Source: an uncultured cyanobacterium (GTDB lineage: Bacteria; Cyanobacteriota; Cyanobacteriia; Phormidesmidales; Phormidesmidaceae). From it: a stretch of 64,000 nt of DNA. The notes under the pieces were generated by a model that was not told the DNA's origin, ran no database searches, and saw only the letters and a list, made by a program, of their open reading frames with translations. The stretch covers positions 256,001 to 320,000 of the forward strand of contig CAWBZI010000004.1 of assembly GCA_963793265.1 (NCBI GenBank), given 5' to 3'. Shown here piece by piece: positions 18,359-29,523 of this stretch (position 1 is the first letter of the stretch; the number at the start of each line of letters is the position of its first letter). The position numbers and the translations under genes were made by a program.

Positions 18359-18979
18359 ATGTCATCTGTTTACATCCCTACTAAGCTCCTCAGCTTTGAA
18401 GAATATCTGACCTATGACGACGGGTCGGACTACCGCTATGAGCTGTTAGATACGGGAGAGCTAGTCGAATTGCCCTACGAAAATCAAATCAACGTCATTT
18501 TGGCAATGTCGCTAGCTAGGTACTTTGAGCAGTTTGTGCACTGGCGCTTAATCATGCTCAACACCACGGCTATACAAGTAGCCCCTACAACGATTACGCT
18601 TGCAGACGGTCGGCGGCGTCGTGTCCGTCAGCAGAGTCGCATTCCAGATCTGATGATTTTGACCCAGACTGGAGAGCGTCAGATATTTGGTAAGCCTAGT
18701 GGGGTGGCTTTGCATCATGACAATCCAACGCTCATTGTAGAAGTTGTTAGCGAATCTAATGCGAGTGAGGATTATGTTGACAAGCGTATTCAATACGAGG
18801 CCAGAGGCGTGAGTGAGTATTGGATTGTTGATCGTCATCAGCAGAAAGTGACGGTGTTGACGCTTGAGGATGATCGCTACCAAGAAGCGGTTTACCAAGG
18901 CAATGCGGTAATTCAATCGAAGGTATTTCCTGGTTCTACAATTACCGTGGAGAGCGTTATTACCGTTGATGAAATGTAA
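18359..18979 (+). CDS. Uma2 family (PD-(D/E)xK) endonuclease-like protein
   Basis: SFEEYL, RIPDL, LIVEVVS, DYVDKR..Y..RGVSEYWIVD. Confidence 0.85.
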   Translation: MSSVYIPTKLLSFEEYLTYDDGSDYRYELLDTGELVELPYENQINVILAMSLARYFEQFVHWRLIMLNTTAIQVAPTTITLADGRRRRVRQQSRIPDLMILTQTGERQIFGKPSGVALHHDNPTLIVEVVSESNASEDYVDKRIQYEARGVSEYWIVDRHQQKVTVLTLEDDRYQEAVYQGNAVIQSKVFPGSTITVESVITVDEM

Positions 18980-19087
18980 GCCTATTTTTTCCTGGACGCT
19001 GGCTCAAATGCCTTTGATATGAGTCAGCGTTTTGACATCGGTAGGTAGCGTGAGAAAATTGAGCGATCGCCTGTTATTGCAACCTTC

Positions 19088-20548
19088 ATGCCAGCAGTCC
19101 AGCACGGATTTGAGTTACTAACAACGACATTTGAGCCGAAGGAAGCCCAGCAGTTTCTAAGCGACTGTCAGCAGCAGGCAGTTCATGAAAATCAATCTAA
19201 AATTGCTAGCTTTTCGGTGTCTATCTCACCGGTTTCGCCCTGGGCTGTGCTGTCTGCTTTGGGCCTGGTTCGCCAGCGCCATTTTTATTACGATCCGCCG
19301 CAGCGTCCGGCAATGGTAGGACTAGGCGTGGTGATTGGTTCTAACACCTCTGGATCTATGAGGTTTGAGCAGGCGCAAGGGTTTATCAATAGTTGGGCGT
19401 CGCGGTTTATCTATGCCGATAGCAAGGCTAATAGTAAGACAGCGGCAGGGCATTTCTTTTGTAGCGCAACCTTCTTTGACCAGCAGCACGATCAGCCTGA
19501 AGCTGCCGCAATCGCTGTGATAGAGCCCAATCATTTTGAGCCTGCCTATGTGTTTGTGCCCAAGGTTCAGGTCACCACTAAAGCAACATCTTCGGTGGTG
19601 ACGTTTAATCGATTGATGACAGCGACGACCGACGTTGAGGCAGAAATAGCCGACATTTATCGCCAGCTAAAAGCACTCATGGCGACGAGAGACTTGGGAG
19701 AGGCGCGGCTTGCTTCTGGCAAAGTGGTGACTAAGGATGTGGCGAACTTTGCGCAGGCGGTGACGGCGGTGTTGCAGCAGATGAAGTCTGGGCGGCTGAG
19801 CCACTTGCTGCATAAGGTGGTGCTCGCTGATGTGATGGATGTGGTGGCTCCGCAGGCAGTGGACGTGGTGCGATCGCTCCAAACGCTCCGACACAATCAC
19901 CCTGACTGCACGGTATTTTCAGTTGGCAACGGGCAGGGCCAGTCCTTCATCGGTGCTAGCCCAGAGCGGCTATTGAGCATTACCGATTCGCAGCTCACAA
20001 CCGACGCGCTCGCTGGCTCGTTTGCTCGGGGCAAAACGCTTGATGCCGATGCTGAACTAGCCGAAACGATGCTGAACAGTGAAAAAGAACGATATGAGCA
20101 TCAAGTCGTCGTAGAATTTATCACGCGGCAGTTGCGATCGCTCGGCCTCTCTCCTCATCATGCCAGCGCCCCACAGCTCCTCCAACTCCTCCACATTCAA
20201 CATCTCCACACCCCCATCACCGCCACCCTCAGCTCCGCCGATATTTCGCCACTAGCCATTCTCGCCAAGCTCCACCCCACCCCAGCGGTTGCCGGTTTAC
20301 CTCGTGCCGAAGCCTGTCAGCTCATCCGCCAGCACGAGACTTTTGATCGTGGCCTTTACGCTGCGCCCCTCGGCTGGATCGATACGCAGGGTAACAGTGA
20401 GTTTATTGTGGGGATTCGGTCGGCGTTGATCAATGGGTGCAAGGCTCGGCTGTATGCGGGAGCGGGGATTGTAGCGGGCTCTGAACCGGCAAAGGAACTG
20501 GCAGAAATCAAGCTAAAATTGCAAACGCTGCTAAACGCGCTGGTGTAG
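19088..20548 (+). CDS. menF: Isochorismate synthase
   Basis: [39 protein letters not shown]; upstream of menD. Confidence 0.9.
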   Translation: MPAVQHGFELLTTTFEPKEAQQFLSDCQQQAVHENQSKIASFSVSISPVSPWAVLSALGLVRQRHFYYDPPQRPAMVGLGVVIGSNTSGSMRFEQAQGFINSWASRFIYADSKANSKTAAGHFFCSATFFDQQHDQPEAAAIAVIEPNHFEPAYVFVPKVQVTTKATSSVVTFNRLMTATTDVEAEIADIYRQLKALMATRDLGEARLASGKVVTKDVANFAQAVTAVLQQMKSGRLSHLLHKVVLADVMDVVAPQAVDVVRSLQTLRHNHPDCTVFSVGNGQGQSFIGASPERLLSITDSQLTTDALAGSFARGKTLDADAELAETMLNSEKERYEHQVVVEFITRQLRSLGLSPHHASAPQLLQLLHIQHLHTPITATLSSADISPLAILAKLHPTPAVAGLPRAEACQLIRQHETFDRGLYAAPLGWIDTQGNSEFIVGIRSALINGCKARLYAGAGIVAGSEPAKELAEIKLKLQTLLNALV

Positions 20549-20555
20549 GGTTTAC

Positions 20556-22284
20556 ATGCCTCTCGATTTTCGTAATGTCAACAGCTTGTGGGCTTCTGTT
20601 GCGGCTGAAACACTGGCCCGGCTAGGGCTGCAAACGGTGATAGTGTGTCCAGGATCGCGCTCTACGCCGCTGACGTTTGCCTTTGCCAATCATCCCGATA
20701 TTGAAGCGCTGCCGGTTTTAGATGAGCGCTCAGCGGCTTTTTTCGCGCTGGGTTGTGCAAAACGTCAGCATCTCCCGGTGGCTTTGCTTTGCACGTCAGG
20801 AACAGCAGGCGCGAACTTTTACCCGGCGATCATAGAAGCCTATGAAAGCAACATTCCTTTGCTGGTGTTCACGGCTGATAGACCGCCTGAACTGAGAGAT
20901 TGCGCCTCGGGACAAACCATCGACCAGCAAAAGCTATACGGCGGTTTTGTGAAGTCTTACAGCGAGCTAGCGGTACCTGAGAGTAGGCCGGAGATGCTGG
21001 CTTATTTGCGGCAAACTTTGGTGAGTGCCTGGGGAAAGGCGATCACAGCACCGCCTGGCCCAATTCACTTTAACTGCCCGTTTCGCGATCCGTTGCCACC
21101 GCTAGCTGATGGTGAAACTGAGCAGCTAGCAACAGATTTTGACTACAGATCTCTTTTTTGCGGCAGTAAAGCCGCCTACGCCCGCAATCGAACAAACGCC
21201 GTATCTCTCTCTTTCAGAGTGGCAGCATTGCTCAGAAGGTATCATTATTGCTGGTGCCGCAGCGCCAGAGAACCCAGAGGCGTACTGTAAGGCGGTAAGC
21301 GATTTGGCTGAAACGCTGAGCTGGCCTGTTTTAGCAGAGGGTCTTTCGCCTTTGCGCAACTATCGCAGCCTGAACGACTCTCTCGTTTCTACCTACGATA
21401 TTATCTTGAGAGATCCAGAGCGAGCAGACTATCTGGTGCCTAAGCAGGTGATTCAGCTTGGGCCGCTGCCGATTAGTAAGGTGTTGCGTGGGTGGTTGGC
21501 GCGATCGCAGCCGCAGCGATGGATAATTGGCTCCCAGCGAAATCTAGATCCGCTGCATGGCCCAACTCACTTTTTAACAACAGATATCGAAACGATTGCA
21601 TGGCTTGCAACAAACAAACCCCTCTCTGAGTCTTTGAGCCCTTATCATCAAAGGTGGCTCGCTTACGAGAGTACGGTTCGCAGGGCGCTGGATATTCGAC
21701 TTAAAAACGAGACTGCTTTGGTGGAGAGCAAGGTGGTGTGGCTACTTTCTCAGCATTTGCCTGATCGTACGCCTTTGTTTGTGGCAAATAGTATGCCGGT
21801 ACGGGACGTGGAGTATTTTTGGGGTGGGGGCGATCGCTACATTCAACCCGCTTTTAGCCGAGGCGCTAACGGCATCGACGGCACCCTTTCAACGGCGATG
21901 GGGTTAGCTCATCACAACGCACCAACAGTCTTGCTCACGGGCGATTTAGCTTTTTTACATGATACGAATGGACTGTTGAACATCCCTCAGCTTTCGGGCT
22001 CTCTCACGATTGTACTTATCAACAATGACGGCGGCGGTATTTTTGAAATGCTGCCTGTCTCTGAGTTTGAGCCTGAGTTTGAGAAGTATTTTCTGACGCC
22101 TCAGCAGGTGAATTTTAAGACGATGTGTGAGACTTATGGGGTGAAATATCAGCGGATTGAGGAGGTGCGCGAGTTGGTGGAGAATATTGAGCGGTTGCCG
22201 GAGAAAGGAGTGAGCTTGTTGGAGGTGGTGTGCGATCGCCAGCAAAGCGTTCAGCAAAGAAAAGCGCTATTGAATGCCTTGTAA
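20556..22284 (+). pseudogene. menD: SEPHCHC synthase MenD, split by a +1 frameshift near 21140-21160 (real or sequencing error)
   Basis: Frame 1 has [33 protein letters not shown]; frame 2 has NSMPVRD, RGANGIDG, GDLAFLHD, NNDGGGIF. Confidence 0.8.
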
Positions 22285-22286
22285 TC

Positions 22287-23126
22287 ATGCCCCATCTCAC
22301 GCTTGAAAACCATGTACTGCACTATGTAACGGTGGGTGATTCAAGTAATCCATCGTTGTTGATGCTGCATGGTTTTTTAGGGAGCTGTGAGGATTTTAGA
22401 GCGATCGCATCTACCCTAAGCCAGCATTTTTACTGCATCATTCCCGATCTTCCTGGACATGGTAAAACCGTCACAACCCCAAACTGCTACACATTTCCCA
22501 CAACCGCTCAGGCACTAATAGATATACTTAACCATCTGAATATTCCTCGAACTCACCTGCTGGGCTATTCTATGGGCGGGCGTTTGGCGCTCTACTTAGT
22601 CTGTTGTTTTCCTGAGCGGTTTAATCGAGTCGTTTTAGAGTCGGCTTCGCCTGGGCTGAAGACGGCTGATGAGAGGCGGTTGAGGGCGGGGAGGGATGAG
22701 GTGATCGCACAAAAAATAGAAACCACTCCCCTTCCTACTTTTCTGGCTCAGTGGTACAGCAATCCCCTTTTCGCTAGCCTAAAGAACCACCCAAAAGCCT
22801 ATGCCGAAATGCTCCAGCGTCGTCAAAACAACAATGCTACAGAGCTAGCGAATGCTTTACGCGGCCTTAGCACAGGACGACAGCCTTCGCTTTGGCAAAC
22901 TTTGAAATCTATTGACATACCGTTGCTTCTGCTTGCAGGCACCTTCGATGACAAATTCGTTGCTATCAATCGTGATATATTTTCACGGATGGATCAGAAA
23001 ACACCGCCAATACTTGAAGTAATCAAAGAATGCGGCCACAATATTCATTTAGAGGACTCTGCCACATGTATCTATAGTGTCGCCCATTTCTTAAGTGCCT
23101 ATAGCGCTCCGTTACTGATAAGGTAG
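22287..23126 (+). CDS. menH: SHCHC synthase MenH
   Basis: LHGFLG, DLPGHG, GYSMGGRLAL, ESASPGL, GHNIH; follows menD. Confidence 0.88.
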   Translation: MPHLTLENHVLHYVTVGDSSNPSLLMLHGFLGSCEDFRAIASTLSQHFYCIIPDLPGHGKTVTTPNCYTFPTTAQALIDILNHLNIPRTHLLGYSMGGRLALYLVCCFPERFNRVVLESASPGLKTADERRLRAGRDEVIAQKIETTPLPTFLAQWYSNPLFASLKNHPKAYAEMLQRRQNNNATELANALRGLSTGRQPSLWQTLKSIDIPLLLLAGTFDDKFVAINRDIFSRMDQKTPPILEVIKECGHNIHLEDSATCIYSVAHFLSAYSAPLLIR

Positions 23127-23186
23127 GATCAAAGCTTAAAACTCATAAGTTTTAAAGTACAGCGCACGGAGGTTGGGCCAATTAAA

Positions 23187-23513
23187 ATGACTTTTCAAGA
23201 GTTAGAATCGCAGCTGTTATCTTTGAGCCAACCCGATAAGGTAAAGGCAATGCAGGTACTAGCGAAAAGCCTAAGTCAATCCTGGTACGGGATAGAACGT
23301 ACGCCGGGCGTATGTGGTGGTGACGCTCGAATTGCGAACACACGGATTCCAATTTGGGTATTGGTAGAAGCTCGTACGAGTGGTTACAGTGATGCCGATT
23401 TACTACTAAGCTACCCGGCTTTGAGCGCTATAGATTTGGTCAATGCTTGGTCTTACGCCGAGGCATTTTCAGAGGACATTAAGTCGGCTATTCAACGCAA
23501 CGAGGCTGCCTAG
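23187..23513 (+). CDS. DUF433 family antitoxin-like protein
   Basis: TPGVCGGDARIANTRIPIW...YPALS signature. Confidence 0.85.
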   Translation: MTFQELESQLLSLSQPDKVKAMQVLAKSLSQSWYGIERTPGVCGGDARIANTRIPIWVLVEARTSGYSDADLLLSYPALSAIDLVNAWSYAEAFSEDIKSAIQRNEAA

Positions 23514-23516
23514 CGA

Positions 23517-23644
23517 ATGGCTCGTTTCTAGTTTGTACGAATGATAAAAACTGGGCATCGTTTGCTGATCGTATCGATGCGGCTGTTTCTGCTGAAGAAA
23601 GCGTAGATGGAAAACTTATCCGTGTGACTCGTCCCGCTAGATAG
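23517..23644 (+). pseudogene. Internally deleted DUF5615 (PIN-like) toxin remnant
   Basis: ATG GCT CGT TTC (MARF) joined out of frame to VCTNDKNWASFADRIDAAVSAEESVDGKLIRVTRPAR*; resembles N- and C-termini of cyanobacterial DUF5615 proteins that follow DUF433. Confidence 0.65.
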
Positions 23645-23668
23645 TTTTGGAAAACAGAAGCATTAAAG

Positions 23669-24460
23669 ATGATTATTCGTCACGACGTTGACCCAAAGCT
23701 TTACATAACAGATCCAGCAAAGTTCCCAGCAGTGGTAGCGGTAGATAGCTTTCGAGAAGAGATACAGATTGCTTACGACCAGATTGATGAGCTGCTAAAG
23801 CCAAGCCTGACGCCACTGATTCAGACGACTCAATACCGCATTCGCTATGACGGTATGGGTATGCTGATTCGTCCTGAGTGGGTGTTGAGTGCGGCTCATG
23901 TAGTGACGGAGTTGGACTTAGGCAAAGAGATAGCGTTTGGTAATTCTGTTTATTTAATTAAGCAGACAATAGTACATCCGCAGTTTGAGAATTTTGGACT
24001 GGAGAGAGATTTTGCTGAGCATGATATTGCGTTGATTCAGCTTGGCGAGGCTGTTGAAAATGTTTTTCCTTTGCCGCTCTATCAAGGGTCAGACGAGCTT
24101 GAGAAGATAGTTACTTTTGTTGGCAGAGGAGACTTTGGGACTGGTTTGATTGGGCCAGATGTGGTAGATGGAAAGATGCGAATGGCGACTAATCGTGTTG
24201 AGCAGGTTGATGAGCAGTGGCTTGTTTTTAAGTTTGATGCGCCGCCTGAGTGTACTGAGCTTGAAGGAATTTCGGGGCCTGGGGATAGTGGGGGGCCTGC
24301 GTTGTTGATGACAGATGAAGGATGGGCGATCGCTGGCATCAGCTCCGGTCAAATCTCAAACTTCCCTTCAGGCAACTTGGGCGAAGGTCGATACGGCGTG
24401 ATGGAATACTACACGCGGGTTTCTTGCTATCTAGACTGGATTAAATCGGTGATCGATTAG
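23669..24460 (+). CDS. Trypsin-like (S1) serine protease
   Basis: Catalytic triad motifs SAAHV, HDIALI, GDSGGP; YTRVS..LDWI. Confidence 0.9.
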   Translation: MIIRHDVDPKLYITDPAKFPAVVAVDSFREEIQIAYDQIDELLKPSLTPLIQTTQYRIRYDGMGMLIRPEWVLSAAHVVTELDLGKEIAFGNSVYLIKQTIVHPQFENFGLERDFAEHDIALIQLGEAVENVFPLPLYQGSDELEKIVTFVGRGDFGTGLIGPDVVDGKMRMATNRVEQVDEQWLVFKFDAPPECTELEGISGPGDSGGPALLMTDEGWAIAGISSGQISNFPSGNLGEGRYGVMEYYTRVSCYLDWIKSVID

Positions 24461-24529
24461 TAAGCTCTCTCCCCAACGATACTGGATGATAAAAACTCAG
24501 TTTCTAAAATGAAGGCGTAACGCTAGAAG

Positions 24530-25378
24530 GTGAGTACTTTGCGAATCGTAATTACAGGGGCAACTGGCAAAGTGGGCTCCCAGATTCCTCAATTTATTGA
24601 TACGCAACAGCATCAGGTCGTACTGGCACTCAGAGGTGTAGCCAAGCTAAAGCAGTTTGATGAGAAGGTAGAGGCCGTTCCTTTTGACTTTGAAAAGCCT
24701 GAGACGTTTGCGGCTGCACTTAAAGGGGCTGACAGTCTTTTTTTGATGCGTCCGCCGACGGCTGCAAAGAATGTGAACTTGATTGTGGATGAGGCGATCG
24801 CATCAAACATCAAACACATCGTCTACCTCTCTGTACTTGGCGCTGATAAAAACAAGCTCCTGCCGCACAGAGCCACAGAAGACTACATAAAAAAAGCTGG
24901 CATCTCTTACACCTTTCTAAGAGCCAGCTTCTTTATGCAAAATTTGAGCACCGTCCACCGAGCAGACATTCAAAAACGAAATACTCTTTTTCTACCTGCT
25001 GGTACCGGCAAAACCAGCTTCATCGACACTCGCGATATCGGCGCAGTTGCGGCAAAGACACTCACTGAATCTGGTCATGAGGGTAAAGCCTATCGACTCA
25101 CAGGCTCCGAAGCTTTGGACTATTACGAAGTCGCAAACATCTTTAGCGAAGTGCTTGAACGTCCGATTACCTACACCAATCCTTCTGTCTTCAAGTTTGT
25201 AGCCACCATGCTCAAGCGAGAGACGCCCCTGCCATTCGCCTTAGTCATGGGCGGTATCTATACAACCGTACGATTCGGTTTAGCAGACCCACTTTATTCA
25301 GATACCGCCAATTTGCTGAATCGTGAGCCTATTTCCTTTTGCACGTTTGTAAAAGACTATCGAGACTGCTGGGAATAG
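24530..25378 (+). CDS. NmrA-like / atypical SDR NAD(P)-binding protein
   Basis: ITGATGKVG Rossmann motif, FFMQN, FIDTRDIG. Confidence 0.85.
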   Translation: MSTLRIVITGATGKVGSQIPQFIDTQQHQVVLALRGVAKLKQFDEKVEAVPFDFEKPETFAAALKGADSLFLMRPPTAAKNVNLIVDEAIASNIKHIVYLSVLGADKNKLLPHRATEDYIKKAGISYTFLRASFFMQNLSTVHRADIQKRNTLFLPAGTGKTSFIDTRDIGAVAAKTLTESGHEGKAYRLTGSEALDYYEVANIFSEVLERPITYTNPSVFKFVATMLKRETPLPFALVMGGIYTTVRFGLADPLYSDTANLLNREPISFCTFVKDYRDCWE

Positions 25379-25382
25379 GCTA

Positions 25383-26003
25383 TTACCACAGGTACAGCAG
25401 AATAAACAGAATGATCCAAATCACATCAACGAAGTGCCAATACAGCTCAACAGCTTCAATGCCAAAGTGATTCTCACTAGAGTAGTGACCCGGCTTACGA
25501 GCCCGCAATAAAACCGCGAACATCAGCAGCAGTCCTACTAGCACGTGCAGCCCGTGAAAGCCTGTGAGCACATAGAACGTGCTGGCAAATAGATTGTCTC
25601 TCAGGCCAAATTCTAGATTGCTGTACTCATAGAGCTGACCCAGCAAAAAGACGGTGCCCATGATGATAGTGGCGCTGAACCAAACGCGCACGCCGTTCAC
25701 ATCGTCTTTTTTAACAGCGGTATCAGCCTTGTGAATCACAAAGCTACTGGAAATGAGGATCAAAGAGTTAATGCCAGGTAGCAAAATCTCTAGGCTAGGC
25801 GTACCTTCAGGGGGCCATTCTGTGGCAACCAAACGGAAGGTGATATAGGCCACAAAAAGACCCATAAAGAGCATACTTTCAGCGCATAGGAATACTAGGA
25901 TTCCAAACATGCGATGGTCGGGATGCTCCTCGTGGTGGCTAGCTGCGCCCTCTTGAGCAATGTTGATAGTGCTCTGAGCGGTAGTATCGATGGAACCTTG
26001 CAT
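25383..26003 (-). CDS. ctaE: Cytochrome c oxidase subunit III
   Basis: [17 protein letters not shown]. Confidence 0.95.
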   Translation of the reverse strand: MQGSIDTTAQSTINIAQEGAASHHEEHPDHRMFGILVFLCAESMLFMGLFVAYITFRLVATEWPPEGTPSLEILLPGINSLILISSSFVIHKADTAVKKDDVNGVRVWFSATIIMGTVFLLGQLYEYSNLEFGLRDNLFASTFYVLTGFHGLHVLVGLLLMFAVLLRARKPGHYSSENHFGIEAVELYWHFVDVIWIILFILLYLW

Positions 26004-26021
26004 AGTGTCTTGGTGGTGGGA

Positions 26022-27704
26022 TTAAGTTGCAGCCGGGATGGGAACGCCGTGCTCGTATAGCTCGTCGGGATCTTCTTCAGCAATGTAGCCCAAGCCGTAG
26101 TCGTAGGGGCCGGTTTTCAAAACAGGCAGCTCTTCAAAGTTCTCAATGTGAGGCGGCGAAAGCGTTTGCCATTCCATTGTGAGCGCTCGCCATGGGTTAG
26201 CGGGGGCTTTAGGGCCATATTTCCAAGACCAGGCGGCGTTGATGAGGAAGGGAATGGTCGAAACCGCCATGATATAAGAGCCGATGGTCGCAAGCACGTT
26301 GAGATCGGTGAACTGCGGATCGTAGAGGGCGATGCGGCGGTTCATGCCCATCAGGCCGAGTTCGTGCATGGGCATGAAGGTGAGGTTCATGCCGACGAAG
26401 GTGAGGGTGAAGTGAATCTTGCCCCAAAATTCGTTCATCATGTGGCCGGTCATTTTGGGGAACCAGTGGTAAACAGCCATGAATACGCCGAATACGGAGG
26501 CTCCAAAGAGAACGTAGTGGAAGTGGGCGACAACAAAGTAGGTGTCGTGGACGTGAATGTCGAAGGGGACGGCGGCGAGCATGACGCCGCTGATGCCGCC
26601 GATGAGGAAGAGGGAGATAAAGCCGAGGGCAAATAGCATGGCGCTGGTGAAAGCGATTTTGCCGCGCCAAAGGGTCGCAACCCAGCCGAATACTTTAATG
26701 CCGGTAGGGACGGCGATGACCATGGTGGTGATCATGAAGAACATGCGCAGCCAGGGTGGAGTGCCGCTGGTGAACATGTGGTGAGCCCATACGATTAGGC
26801 CCAAGAAGCTGATGACGATGGAGGAGTAGGCGATCGCACGATATCCAAAGATAGGCTTACGCGCATGAACCGAAATCACCTCACTAATCGCGCCAAACAG
26901 CGGCAGCACGAAAATGTAGACCGCCGGGTGGGAGTAAAACCAGAACATATGCTGGTAAACCACCGGATTACCGCCACCTGTCGGGTTGAAGAAGGCGGTA
27001 CCGGCTAACAGGTCAAAGGCTAATAGGATCAGCGCACCTGCTAACACTGGCGTACTGATTAAAATCAGCAGGGAAGTGGCGATCATTGCCCAGCAGAACA
27101 AAGGCATATCTGTTAAGGACATGCTCGGTACGCGCATTTTTAGAATGGTGACCAAAAAGTTCAGTCCGCCTAAAATGGAGGCGGTTCCACCTACCAGAAT
27201 GCTCATAATCCAAATGCCTTCGCCCACTGCGCCTGTCGTGAGGCTCAGCGGTGGGTAGGAAGTCCAGCCTGCTTGAGGCGGCTCGAAGAAGAAGCTGCTG
27301 ATGAGCAGAAGGCCGGAAGGGGGGATCATCCAGAAGGCGATCGCATTCAGCCTTGGAAAGGCCATATCGCGCGCGCCAATCATCAGCGGGATCAGGTAGT
27401 TCGCCAGGCCCGCGCCCGCAGGCACAATCCACAAAAACAGCATGACCGTGCCGTGCAGCGTCAGCATACCGTTGTAAACATCAGGCGTCACAATATCAGG
27501 AGCCGGGGTCGCCAGCTCCGTCCGCATAACGGTCGCCAGCGAGCCGCCGACCAAATAGAAGAAAAATGCGGTCACAAGGTACTGAATACCAATGACCTTA
27601 TGATCGGTGCAAAAAGTGAAGTAGTCAGTCCATTTGCGCTCGTTGCCCAAGAGCATCGGCACGTCTGACCGGGATGATTGAGGTGCTTCTGTAGTAGCTG
27701 TCAT
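26022..27704 (-). CDS. ctaD: Cytochrome c oxidase subunit I (aa3 type)
   Basis: DHKVIG, WFYSHPAVY, VWAHHMF, HDTYFVVAHFHY. Confidence 0.97.
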   Translation of the reverse strand: MTATTEAPQSSRSDVPMLLGNERKWTDYFTFCTDHKVIGIQYLVTAFFFYLVGGSLATVMRTELATPAPDIVTPDVYNGMLTLHGTVMLFLWIVPAGAGLANYLIPLMIGARDMAFPRLNAIAFWMIPPSGLLLISSFFFEPPQAGWTSYPPLSLTTGAVGEGIWIMSILVGGTASILGGLNFLVTILKMRVPSMSLTDMPLFCWAMIATSLLILISTPVLAGALILLAFDLLAGTAFFNPTGGGNPVVYQHMFWFYSHPAVYIFVLPLFGAISEVISVHARKPIFGYRAIAYSSIVISFLGLIVWAHHMFTSGTPPWLRMFFMITTMVIAVPTGIKVFGWVATLWRGKIAFTSAMLFALGFISLFLIGGISGVMLAAVPFDIHVHDTYFVVAHFHYVLFGASVFGVFMAVYHWFPKMTGHMMNEFWGKIHFTLTFVGMNLTFMPMHELGLMGMNRRIALYDPQFTDLNVLATIGSYIMAVSTIPFLINAAWSWKYGPKAPANPWRALTMEWQTLSPPHIENFEELPVLKTGPYDYGLGYIAEEDPDELYEHGVPIPAAT

Positions 27705-27806
27705 AGGGTGTTGCTAAAAAAGGACAAGGTTTTAGAATTTTGTCCGTACAAGAAAGGAAGATGTCCGTACTAAGAAAGGAAAATTCATTAACTAACTTGG
27801 GATCGT

Positions 27807-28814
27807 CTAGTTAGCGTCTGTGTGCTGATGTCCGTCATGATGATGACCTTCGTGCAGTGCCACTAAAGTCTCTGGTGACATAGCGAGCTGCATCGGCTCA
27901 ACAAACGTATTCAAGTACTCTGCCTCTGTTCTATCAGCCGGAGCCTTGGGCAAATTCGCAATCGTATTGTCGCCATTCGCCATCGCCGTAACGCGACTAT
28001 CAACCCACTCAGCGTATTCATCAGCCGACTGCACAATAATCTGCGTTCTCATACCGCCGTGATAGGGGCCACATAGCTCTGCGCATACCACCGGATACGT
28101 GCCTTCTTTAATGGCATTGAACACAAGCTTGGTGTCTTGCCCAGGGATCATGTCTTGCTTAATGCGAAACTCAGGGAGCCAGAAGGCATGAAGGACATCT
28201 TCTGCGTTCAAGTTCAGCTCCACAGGCGTATCTACCGGCACGTGCAGCTCGCCATCGACAATGCCGTTGGGATAGTTGAAGATAAACGCATACTGTAAGC
28301 CCTTCACCTCAACAGAAAGCAGCGCATCACCATCTTCGCCAGGCATCATGCCCATACCGGCAGCAGCATCTGCCATAAGCGGCATACTGCCATCGCCAGG
28401 TGCATAGGCGACCTGCACAGCGGCTTTGTCGGTAGGAGCCATGCTGTGATTCATCAAATCCAGGCCGCCCATGCGAGTGTAAATGTCGAAGCTATAGATA
28501 GAGATGCCAAGCACGACAACGGCTGGGATCGCTGTCCAAACAATCTCTAAAGGAATGTTGCCTTCTAGGTGTTCGCCATCGCCCATGTCGCCCTTTTCGC
28601 GGCGAAAGCGAAAGGCCGCGACCAAAAGCGCACCTTCTACCAGCAAAAACAAGCCAAAGCCAATGGTCATCATCGTATTGAACAGCCCGTCTACCAGTTC
28701 AGCCTCGGCAGACGCTGCGACGGGTAGCAAACCATGATTTTGGCCATACCAGAGGCTAGCCAAGGTAACGGCAATACCTACTAAAAGGGTCAGAATAGAA
28801 CTGGGAATCTTCAC
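27807..28814 (-). CDS. ctaC: Cytochrome c oxidase subunit II (CuA)
   Basis: LEIVWTAIP, DVLHAFW, CAELCGPYHGGM CuA motif. Confidence 0.95.
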   Translation of the reverse strand: MKIPSSILTLLVGIAVTLASLWYGQNHGLLPVAASAEAELVDGLFNTMMTIGFGLFLLVEGALLVAAFRFRREKGDMGDGEHLEGNIPLEIVWTAIPAVVVLGISIYSFDIYTRMGGLDLMNHSMAPTDKAAVQVAYAPGDGSMPLMADAAAGMGMMPGEDGDALLSVEVKGLQYAFIFNYPNGIVDGELHVPVDTPVELNLNAEDVLHAFWLPEFRIKQDMIPGQDTKLVFNAIKEGTYPVVCAELCGPYHGGMRTQIIVQSADEYAEWVDSRVTAMANGDNTIANLPKAPADRTEAEYLNTFVEPMQLAMSPETLVALHEGHHHDGHQHTDAN

Positions 28815-29523
28815 AGTGTTTCGCTTCAGATCTCAATAGATCTGTTGTTTGGGTTTTGTGCTTATGTCTTGAAAACGGCCCTTGTGAAACACTTTTTCTT
28901 CGGTTTCTTGAGGGCTTTTTGCTGGCAGATGATAGCGCGACCGCTGAGGTGGGCTCATCGCCTATACAAGGTAGCGTTCTTTTGATAGATATGAATCGTT
29001 TTTTAAGGGATGTGTTGGGCTTTAACCTTTTCTTCAGAATCTCTTATATGGCACGTATAAAAAGAGTCCGTAAAACAGGAGATCAGACAATATTAAAACT
29101 GCCCTCTTTTGATACAAAACGCTACAAAAAAACTTGATTATAGCCTTCTCCTATCGCTACCTCAGCTTTGCCTTCATCGACTGTATCTAACACTACTAAC
29201 AGCTCGGCCTCAATCCAGCAGAAAATCTTTATAATCTAATAAGTACAAGGCTTTTGAGCGCGCCGTTCTTTCAAAAACCGCCTGAAACCGCCTCGGTATT
29301 CTGTCTGGAATGATGATTAATTGTTAAGCAACGTAAAATCAAAGGCGGCTAATCGGAAGAAAATGTCTACAACGGAAGAATATTCCTTTGATTGCGTTAT
29401 ATTCTCATCGGCAGAAGATTCTAGATAGTCATTTAGACAAGCCTCTAACTTGCGGCTTTAAATCTACGGCTTCGAGTCTCTAGTAAGAAAACTTTGTTCT
29501 CTCTTTTTGCTCTTTCTGTTTTT

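Noticed and set aside
18359..18979. Uma2 genes (also 52911-53489) as a restriction/defence system
   Set aside because: Uma2 paralogs are abundant and dispersed in cyanobacteria; no methylase or partner gene adjacent
28856..29137. 93-aa ORF in the ctaC-ctaA divergent region
   Set aside because: TTG start, no motifs, lies in an AT-rich promoter region
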